A stretch of 15,113 nucleotides of DNA. Source: Thainema sp. (GTDB lineage: Bacteria; Cyanobacteriota; Cyanobacteriia; Phormidesmidales; Phormidesmidaceae). The notes beneath the pieces are model-generated. The model ran no database searches. It was not told where the DNA came from and was given only the letters and a program-made list of their open reading frames with translations. How positions within the stretch are numbered: position 1 is the stretch's first letter; each line of letters starts with the position of its first letter. Where the stretch lies: NCBI GenBank assembly GCA_052168235.1, contig JBQLZK010000107.1, positions 1 to 15,113 on the forward strand. The letters run 5' to 3'. Positions 1-6,368 of this stretch are shown here, piece by piece. Position numbers and translations under genes: made by a program.

Positions 1-54
1 CTTATCATCTTCTGTCAAAGCTGTGTTTCGGTCAACCCAGTTGAGCAATTACCA
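1..54. mobile_element. End of a repeated element (probable IS or MITE terminus, IS1-like), left copy
   Basis: Bases 1-54 are the exact reverse complement of 15059-15112. Read outward on the minus strand from base 53 the sequence begins GGTAATTGCTCAACT, resembling the IS1 terminus GGTAATGACTCCAACT. No transposase lies in the window, so the family is inferred. Confidence 0.6.
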
Positions 55-75
55 ATCATCAATCACCCTGTTGAG

Positions 76-105
76 TTGAAATGTTTAAATCCCAAAGGTT
101 ATACT
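76..105 (+). promoter_or_regulatory. Putative sigma70-type promoter of the nucleotidyltransferase pair
   Basis: TTGAAA (76-81), 18-bp spacer, TATACT (100-105), about 30 nt upstream of an in-frame GTG at 135. Confidence 0.5.
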
Positions 106-134
106 ACAAATACTACATAGTGCTGTATTTTATC

Positions 135-1082
135 GTGTCTCAAAATCAAGTCCCAATCAACCTCATCCTGCCTGTCGGTACACAAGTTGTAAGTCGTGTT
201 GAAGTCAAAGGCGCGACGGGTGAAGTGGTGTGTTTGCGCGGCTCGGTAGGAGTGATTCTCAAATCGCCAACCGATAATTCCCACAGCTACCAGGTTGAAC
301 TGTTAAATGGAGCGGTCATTAGTCTAAAGCGGCTTGAGTTCAGCATTCGAAAGCATTTTCAAAAAGCTGGACTAGAGGCACCTGAAACGACATTAGATGA
401 ATTGAATCTGTTTGATTATGTGATTTACCGTTGCGTCGTTGGTTCTAGAGCCTATGGCTTGGATGATGCTCACTCTGATACCGATCGTCGCGGTATTTAT
501 CTCCCTCCAGCAGAGATGCACTGGTCGCTTTACGGTGTTCCGGAGCAGATTGAGCATAAAGAAGCACAAGAGTGCTATTGGGAACTTCAGAAATTTTTGA
601 TTCTGGCGCTCAAGGCCAACCCAAACGTTTTGGAATGTTTATATACCCCTCTGATTGAAACAGCAACACCATTGGCTGAAGAGTTATTGAGCATACGGGA
701 TGTCTTTCTCTCACAACTGGTTTATCAAACCTACAACAGCTACGTGCTGTCTCAATTCAAAAAGATGGAGCAAGATCTCCGCACCAGAGGCACTATTCGC
801 TGGAAGCACGCCATGCATTTGATTCGCCTGCTGCTATCGGGTATTACGATTTTGAAGCAGGGGTTTGTACCTGTTCGAGCAGAGGATTATCGCGATCGCT
901 TGCTTGCCATTAAATATCAGCAAATGTCTTGGGATGAGGTTAATCAGTGGCGTTTACGTTTACATGCCGAATTTGACAGCACGTTTGCCACAACGCATCT
1001 ACCCGAACGACCTGATTACGAAAAGGTCAATGCGTTTTTAATTCATGCAAGGCAAAGCATGGCGAATGAATGCTTGGCCTAG
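135..1082 (+). CDS. Pol-beta superfamily nucleotidyltransferase (RlaP/YcgL-like, PF10127-type) with an N-terminal extra domain
   Basis: Motif VVGSRAYGLDDAHSDTDRRG (GS..YG.....SD.D), plus KANPNVLECLYTP and WKHAMHLIRLL, typical of this family. The ORF track starts at ATG 81, but that segment overlaps the promoter, so GTG 135 is preferred (315 aa). Confidence 0.85.
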   Translation: MSQNQVPINLILPVGTQVVSRVEVKGATGEVVCLRGSVGVILKSPTDNSHSYQVELLNGAVISLKRLEFSIRKHFQKAGLEAPETTLDELNLFDYVIYRCVVGSRAYGLDDAHSDTDRRGIYLPPAEMHWSLYGVPEQIEHKEAQECYWELQKFLILALKANPNVLECLYTPLIETATPLAEELLSIRDVFLSQLVYQTYNSYVLSQFKKMEQDLRTRGTIRWKHAMHLIRLLLSGITILKQGFVPVRAEDYRDRLLAIKYQQMSWDEVNQWRLRLHAEFDSTFATTHLPERPDYEKVNAFLIHARQSMANECLA

Positions 1083-1093
1083 AAATTCTATGG

Positions 1094-1864
1094 ATGAATA
1101 TCTATATGAATACGCATCAAACCGATCCTCGGATCGTTCATGTTATTTCTCAACAGCCTTATCCACTCCTGTTTGTAACCATTAGTGGTGCCCACCTATA
1201 TGGATTTCCTTCGCCTGACTCTGACTATGACCTGCGAGGAATTCACCTGCTGCCTTTATCTGAACTTGTTGGTTTGAGGATAGGACAAGAGACCATAGAA
1301 GTGTCTTGTTTCGAGGAAGAACTGCAAATTGACTTAGTGACCCATGAAGCCAAAAAGTTTTTTAAACTGTTGCTCAGACGTAATGGGTATGTGCTGGAGC
1401 AGCTATATTCACCCTTAGTTGTTCAAACAACGACTGAGCATAATGAACTCAAGCAAATTGCTAAAAGTTGTATTACCCGTCATCACAGTCATCATTATCT
1501 CGGATTCGCCAAAACACAATGGCGACTTTTCGAAAAAGAAAATCCCCCGCGAGTGAAGCCGTTACTGTACGTTTATCGTGTACTGCTTACCGGCATTCAT
1601 CTCATGCAGACTGGAATGATTGAAGCCAATTTAGTCACGCTAAACGAGAAGTTTCAACTACCCTATTTAGCTGATTTGATTCAGATTAAGGTGACAGGGG
1701 CAGAGAAAGCTACGTTGACCGCCGATGCTGTAGCCTTTCATCAGCAAGACTATCTTCGGCTCTGCCAAATGCTGGAAGCAGCAAGCCAGTCGAGCTATTT
1801 ACCGAATGAGCCTTCTGCCCAGTCAGATCTGCATGATTTACTACTGCGATTGCGGTTAGGATAG
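1094..1864 (+). CDS. Second Pol-beta superfamily nucleotidyltransferase (RlaP/YcgL-like)
   Basis: Motif ISGAHLYGFPSPDSDYDLRG, plus NGYVLEQLYSP and KPLLYVYRVLLTGIHL. Start is ATG 1094 or 1106; the track start at 1070 overlaps the upstream gene. Confidence 0.85.
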   Translation: MNIYMNTHQTDPRIVHVISQQPYPLLFVTISGAHLYGFPSPDSDYDLRGIHLLPLSELVGLRIGQETIEVSCFEEELQIDLVTHEAKKFFKLLLRRNGYVLEQLYSPLVVQTTTEHNELKQIAKSCITRHHSHHYLGFAKTQWRLFEKENPPRVKPLLYVYRVLLTGIHLMQTGMIEANLVTLNEKFQLPYLADLIQIKVTGAEKATLTADAVAFHQQDYLRLCQMLEAASQSSYLPNEPSAQSDLHDLLLRLRLG

Positions 1865-1892
1865 TCATCTCACTGCCATTGTCCGTAAACCT

Positions 1893-2849
1893 GTGTCTTC
1901 ATCTGTTATTGAACTCGAAGTCCAAATTCCTTATATCAAACGGTTAGATCGCTGGTTAGCTGACCAACTGCCGGAGCAATCGCGATCGCGATTGCAAAAG
2001 CTGATTGAAGACGGCTGGGTACAGCTCAATGGAGCTACCTGCACGACCAAAAAAGCGCCCATTCAAGCGGGCGATCGGGTGCGACTCGAAATTCCGCCAG
2101 CGGAACCGACGGAGCTGAAGGCACAAGAAATTCCGCTGGATGTGCTGTACGAAGACGAATCGATGCTAATTGTCAATAAGCCTGCTGGTTTGGTCGTGCA
2201 TCCTGGCCCTGGCCATACGGATGGAACGCTGGTTAATGCACTGCTGGCCCACTGTCAGTCATTCGCGCAGCTATCCAGCTTAAACATTGGCGGAGAGCAG
2301 CGTCCGGGCATCGTGCATCGGCTGGATCGGGATACCACAGGAGCGATGGTCGTCGCGAAAACCGACGCCGCATTGCGCCATCTGCAAGATCAAATTCGAG
2401 CCAAGTCAGCGCGACGAGAATATCTCGGTGTGGTCTACGGTGCGCCCAGTTGCGATCGCGGTTCCATTGATGCCCCGATTGGTCGCCATCCGGTAGATCG
2501 TAAGAAGATGGCAGTTGTGGACAATGACGAAAAAGGCCGCAGAGCCGTCACCCACTGGCAGGTTAAAGAGCGTCTGGGAAACTACACGCTGATCCACTTC
2601 CAGCTTGATACGGGACGAACCCATCAAATTCGGGTACACAGCGCCCACATCGGCCATCCCATCGTCGGTGATCCAATGTACGGCTCCGGTCGTTCGATTG
2701 GCGTCAACTTGGAAGGACAAGCGCTGCACGCTTGGAAGTTGAGCTTAATTCACCCAGTCTCAGAACAGCCGATTCAGGTCACAGCACCGCTACCAGAAGA
2801 ATTCGAGCGCCTATTGCAAATTCTGCGACGACGAGCCGCTTCATCTTAA
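1893..2849 (+). CDS. rluD: RluA-family 23S rRNA pseudouridine synthase, RluD-like
   Basis: N-terminal S4 domain (RLDRWL...SRSRLQKLI), VNKPAGLVVHP, catalytic HRLDRDTTG, TGRTHQIRVH, IVGDPMYG and QALHA. Confidence 0.92.
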   Translation: MSSSVIELEVQIPYIKRLDRWLADQLPEQSRSRLQKLIEDGWVQLNGATCTTKKAPIQAGDRVRLEIPPAEPTELKAQEIPLDVLYEDESMLIVNKPAGLVVHPGPGHTDGTLVNALLAHCQSFAQLSSLNIGGEQRPGIVHRLDRDTTGAMVVAKTDAALRHLQDQIRAKSARREYLGVVYGAPSCDRGSIDAPIGRHPVDRKKMAVVDNDEKGRRAVTHWQVKERLGNYTLIHFQLDTGRTHQIRVHSAHIGHPIVGDPMYGSGRSIGVNLEGQALHAWKLSLIHPVSEQPIQVTAPLPEEFERLLQILRRRAASS

Positions 2850-2936
2850 TTCGTCGTAAAGTGCGATCGCAACTGTCCTATAAATGCTGTAGGATAGCCG
2901 TCTTGACTAGTACTTGTTTAGCGAAACACTCTGGCA

Positions 2937-3173
2937 GATCCCCCTAAATCCCCTTAAAAAGCAGGGTTTTTTTATTTAGGCAGAGAATAATTTAGAACCA
3001 TAAACGTTGCGTAGGGGCGAATGGCCATTCGCCCCTACCAGATACGTGAAATGGCGACTCTAGAATTTATTTTGGCAAAATGAACCCACCCTGCCTAAAT
3101 CCCCCAAAAAGGGGGGCTTCGAGCTAGTGGTGGTATAGCCCCTTTTTCAAGGGGGCGGCGACAGCGGGGGATC
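2937..3173. repeat. Composite intergenic repeat: outer element with GATCCCCC/GGGGGATC ends containing a nested MITE-like insert (2961-3094)
   Basis: Inverted ends GATCCCCC (2937-2944) and GGGGGATC (3166-3173). Internal C5-A5-G6 and CCCCTTTTTCAAGGGG hairpins. Insert bounded by GCAGGGT (2961-2967) and ACCCTGC (3088-3094), flanked by near-direct repeats CTAAATCCCCTTAAAAA and CTAAATCCCCCAAAAA. Confidence 0.75.
3011..3038. repeat. REP-like perfect palindrome (GTAG type)
   Basis: GTAGGGGCGAATGGCCATTCGCCCCTAC is a perfect 28-bp palindrome that starts with the GTAG tetranucleotide characteristic of RAYT-associated REPs. Confidence 0.8.
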
Positions 3174-3219
3174 GTACAACTACGCTCAACACATACCAAA
3201 AATCTTGAAAGAGGTTGAA

Positions 3220-4008
3220 TTGACTGAATTTTCTTCCAATACGGCTCAGCCTGAGTCAATGCAGGCTTATCTCTGTGATGCTTGGCAGCTCAATCCAGAA
3301 TGGATGCCCAGTGATGATCAGCAGCAGCAGTTTTTGCGACTGTATGACTTGATTTTGGAGGCCAATCAGCAGTTTAACTTGACCCGCATTACAGAACCCG
3401 CCGACTTTTGGGAGAAGCACCTGTGGGATTCGCTACAAGGCGTGGCGCAATGGCTTGATCCATCCAGCCTTGACCAGCCAGCCGCCTCTGACCTGCCGCA
3501 GATTCAGCGCGTAATCGACATTGGCACAGGCGGCGGATTCCCAGGCATTCCAGTTGCGATCGCACGTCCGGATTGGCAAGTGACGCTACTGGATGCGACC
3601 CGTAAAAAGGTGAATTTTCTCAAGTCGCTGTGCCAAACAATGGGGCTGGATCAGGTGAAAACAATCTGCGATCGCGCCGAGACTGTTGGACAAATGGCGC
3701 AGCAGCGGGAAACTTATGATCTGGCGTTAGTTCGGGCGGTTGGCTCCGCGTCAGCCTGTGCGGAATACGCGCTGCCTCTATTGAAAATTGGCGGCGTAGC
3801 CGTTCTCTATCGGGGACAGTGGTCAACGGAGGAAGCGGAAGCGCTTCAGCCTGCGGTGCAGCAGCTTGGCGGTCAGGTGCAAGCCGTCGAGCAGTTCCAA
3901 ACGCCGCTCACCCAGGGCATTCGCCACTGCATTTATCTCAAGAAAGTTACCACGACTCCCATCGAGTTTCCCCGTGCGGTCGGTATACCCGCGAAAGCAC
4001 CGCTCTAG
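3220..4008 (+). CDS. rsmG: 16S rRNA (guanine(527)-N7)-methyltransferase RsmG (GidB)
   Basis: NLTRI..., KHLWDSL, SAM-binding DIGTGGGFPGIP, RAE, VRAV and C-terminal FPRAVGIPAKAPL. Start uncertain: TTG 3205, TTG 3220 (GAGG at 3211-3214) or ATG 3259. Confidence 0.95.
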   Translation: MTEFSSNTAQPESMQAYLCDAWQLNPEWMPSDDQQQQFLRLYDLILEANQQFNLTRITEPADFWEKHLWDSLQGVAQWLDPSSLDQPAASDLPQIQRVIDIGTGGGFPGIPVAIARPDWQVTLLDATRKKVNFLKSLCQTMGLDQVKTICDRAETVGQMAQQRETYDLALVRAVGSASACAEYALPLLKIGGVAVLYRGQWSTEEAEALQPAVQQLGGQVQAVEQFQTPLTQGIRHCIYLKKVTTTPIEFPRAVGIPAKAPL

Positions 4009-4023
4009 CAGCCGAAATTAGGC

Positions 4024-4089
4024 GTAGGGACGAGTTTGGCCATTATCCACGGGTCTCAGTTAAAGTTTCTGGGCGAAATTCGCCCTTAT
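4024..4089. repeat. Degenerate GTAG-type REP doublet
   Basis: GTAGGGACGAGTTTGGCC (4024-4041) matches the reverse complement of 4072-4089 at 13/18 positions. The right arm contains the palindrome GGGCGAAATTCGCCC. Related to the palindrome at 3011-3038. Confidence 0.5.
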
Positions 4090-4193
4090 AGCCGAGCAGT
4101 TCTGCTACAAGATGACAGTCAGCGACCAGCGCTATATTGGACAAGGTTCGGTTTGAAATTTTGATTTGAACCGTTGAATTTGCATCGTCATCT

Positions 4194-5171
4194 ATGCGCT
4201 CATCTCACGTTCGCCCCCAATCTAGAACGAATCAATTGTCGAGGCTTCGTCTATTCTTTACGAGCCTGAGCTTGTGTAAGCTGGCCGCAATCGCCGCATT
4301 ACCTGTGATAACGATTGGTACTTTTTTAGAAATGCCAACTGCGATCGCACAAGCCCAAGACGCAACCGCTCCTGCTGCCCCATCACCCGCCGAGCTCTGC
4401 GAGCAACCTGCACTAGAGCGCGTGACGACTCACCGGATTGCCAGCGGTGAAACGCTGGAGAGCATCGCCAATCAGTACGGTTTGATTCCAGTGACACTAC
4501 TCGGTTTCAATCCGGCTTTACGTAGCGGGTCGCTGCCCGTCGGAGCCACAATTGAGATTCCGCCCTACAACGGGGTTCGTGTCTCTCTCCCATCGGGGCA
4601 AACCTGGCAGGACGTTAGCTCAACCTATAACGTCAGAGCCGATGTTTTATTTGAGGTGAACGGTTGTCAAGATCCAGGCCGCACAGCGTTTATCCCTGGT
4701 GTCAACTGGTCACCCAATGAGCCAGCTCCGAGCCAAAGTTCACCAACGGCTCGTCATCCGCTCAACGGTTATCCTTTGCCCAGCACCGCTCCAATCATTG
4801 TCAGTTATGGCTGGCAGTCGCATCCCACGGAGGATCGAGCAGTATTTAGCAACGGAGTCGGGTTGACCGCGTCGGCTGGAACCACGGTGCAAGCCGTGGG
4901 TGATGGGACGGTGGCCTTTGTTGGCGATCAGGAAAACTTTGGTCAGGTGGTGGTGATTAATCACGCGCAGGGATTGCAGACCCGCTATGCTCAGCTCAGT
5001 AACGTGACGGTTCAAGCTGGCCAATCAGTGCGACAGGGTACACCGATTGGTCAAGTGCGATCGCTAGATCAAGATAGCGCCTACCTCTACTTTGAGATCC
5101 GCTCAAATTCTCCACTAGGCTGGGTTGCAGAAGATCCCCAGCGCTATATTCAAAGCCTGGGCGTTCAGTGA
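4194..5171 (+). CDS. Secreted LysM-domain M23-family peptidase-like protein
   Basis: Hydrophobic N-terminus ending A-Q-A, LysM (HRIASGETLESIANQYG), a second degenerate LysM (GQTWQDVSSTYNV) and a C-terminal M23 fold (VQAVGDGTVAFVG...GQVVVINH...TRYAQL...GQSVRQG...LYFEIR). Exact start uncertain. Confidence 0.85.
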   Translation: MRSSHVRPQSRTNQLSRLRLFFTSLSLCKLAAIAALPVITIGTFLEMPTAIAQAQDATAPAAPSPAELCEQPALERVTTHRIASGETLESIANQYGLIPVTLLGFNPALRSGSLPVGATIEIPPYNGVRVSLPSGQTWQDVSSTYNVRADVLFEVNGCQDPGRTAFIPGVNWSPNEPAPSQSSPTARHPLNGYPLPSTAPIIVSYGWQSHPTEDRAVFSNGVGLTASAGTTVQAVGDGTVAFVGDQENFGQVVVINHAQGLQTRYAQLSNVTVQAGQSVRQGTPIGQVRSLDQDSAYLYFEIRSNSPLGWVAEDPQRYIQSLGVQ

Positions 5172-5240
5172 AAACCGCTTGCTACTGCAATGTGGCAGTA
5201 AATGGCTTTCCTTCATCTTTTGCCTTGGGTAGTAGTATTT

Positions 5241-5295
5241 CAGTAATGATTTTTCGTTGTGGGGGCACCGCCCCCACAACGAAAAATCATTACTG
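5241..5295. repeat. Perfect 26-bp inverted repeat with a 3-nt loop between convergent genes (may act as a bidirectional terminator)
   Basis: CAGTAATGATTTTTCGTTGTGGGGGC-ACC-GCCCCCACAACGAAAAATCATTACTG. Confidence 0.85.
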
Positions 5296-5342
5296 TTTGA
5301 GTACTAACCCCACCTTGCAACATACAGCGTCAATAGGCAAGT

Positions 5343-6071
5343 CTAGGCCGCTCGGTGATTGAGCCAGCGACGTCCTGCCATTCCTACAGTTGCAGTCGCT
5401 AATAATCCTAGAACGCCGACTGGTTCAGGAACAGGAACGGACTGCTGCTCTTCAACCAGAGCATTTACCTGGGCAGATCCAGCAATTGCCCCCGTGACAT
5501 CCGGTTTACCCAGGCTTAACAGCACGGTTGCAAACTCGGGTGAGACAGCTAGATCTGATCCTAAAGCCAGATTCTGACCATCGAAATTAAAGGTTGTTAC
5601 GGGTGCCGTAATATCAAACAAAATAGTATCCAGGTCGATATTATCTTGCACAAAGAAGCCAGTTACTTCATCAGAAACTCGACCCGCATCATAACCAATT
5701 GTGAAATCTCCAACGGTAACGTTGGTAGTTTCGTCCTCTCCAGTCATGATGCCCAGTGTGACCGATCCTGTGTGTTCAATCGTGCCACCCAGCGGCGTAA
5801 ACCCATTCTCATCACTGAAGGTTAAATCAGTTTCTGGCGTAATTGTGAAACCAACCTGAAAAGGCCCAGATGCTGGATCTACAACGCCATCAGCACTTAC
5901 TAAACCAATGCCTAGGGCTGGTTCTAATACATTTTCAAAATCCAGAAATACACTGGTCACACCGGATTCAACCTCAAACGTAGCGGCTTGAGCTTCGCCT
6001 GCCATGATTGAGGCCGAAACCAATGCTCCTGTGGCTATACCCGCTGCCACATTAAACGTACGCGATCGCAT
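5343..6071 (-). CDS. PEP-CTERM surface/secreted protein
   Basis: Signal peptide ending A-Q-A and an acidic beta-rich body. C-terminal VPEP is followed by a hydrophobic helix and a basic tail (RRWLNHR). Start ATG 6071 follows AGGAGA and is preferred over the track start at 6140. Confidence 0.88.
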   Translation of the reverse strand: MRSRTFNVAAGIATGALVSASIMAGEAQAATFEVESGVTSVFLDFENVLEPALGIGLVSADGVVDPASGPFQVGFTITPETDLTFSDENGFTPLGGTIEHTGSVTLGIMTGEDETTNVTVGDFTIGYDAGRVSDEVTGFFVQDNIDLDTILFDITAPVTTFNFDGQNLALGSDLAVSPEFATVLLSLGKPDVTGAIAGSAQVNALVEEQQSVPVPEPVGVLGLLATATVGMAGRRWLNHRAA

Positions 6072-6295
6072 GATATGGAGTTCTCCTAATAATTCAACAC
6101 AAAATTGATTCTCGTGCCCAGATACTGATGTCAACAGCACTTGGAGAATAGGGAACCATGCTATCGAAGCAAAAATCTTCTGTCAGTAATCCCAGAAACA
6201 GTTTGTAAACTTTTCTAAAGTTTTCTTAGTAGGAGTGCATTGAGACAGGTGACTGTCCTGTAGCCATACTGCGATACTGCCAAATAGCTGCATAT

Positions 6296-6356
6296 AAATA
6301 AACGCGTCTAAAAAAACTGGGGGAGCCTCCCCCAGTTTTTTTAGACGCGTTTATTT
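6296..6356. repeat. 61-bp near-perfect palindrome just downstream of pcrA; probable terminator function
   Basis: AAATAAACGCGTCTAAAAAAACTGGGGGAG-C-CTCCCCCAGTTTTTTTAGACGCGTTTATTT, with 30-bp perfect arms. The GC core is followed by T7 on either strand. It lies 12 nt after the pcrA stop. Confidence 0.85.
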
Positions 6357-6368
6357 GGGCCGACCCAC

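Noticed and set aside
81..134. N-terminal extension MFKSQRLYYKYYIVLYFI of the first NTase as a signal or membrane anchor
   Set aside because: It overlaps the predicted -10 box and palindrome and is probably untranslated AT-rich sequence.
135..1864. CBASS cyclase or MNT-HEPN toxin-antitoxin system
   Set aside because: Motifs fit RlaP/YcgL-like NTases. No Cap effector or separate HEPN gene is adjacent.
2732..2947. 71-aa ORF overlapping the rluD 3' end (also 99-284, 2287-2496, 2406-2729)
   Set aside because: Shadow frames of real genes with no recognisable motifs.
2937..3173. CRISPR array or tRNA
   Set aside because: There are no regularly spaced identical repeats with unique spacers, and no cloverleaf with T-loop or CCA features.
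5168..5362. 64-aa ORF after the M23 gene
   Set aside because: It runs through the long palindrome, has no clear RBS and lacks protein-like features.
6296..6356. Protelomerase target site or integron attC site
   Set aside because: No telomere resolvase or integrase is nearby, and it lacks attC RYYYAAC/GTTRRRY ends and extrahelical bases.
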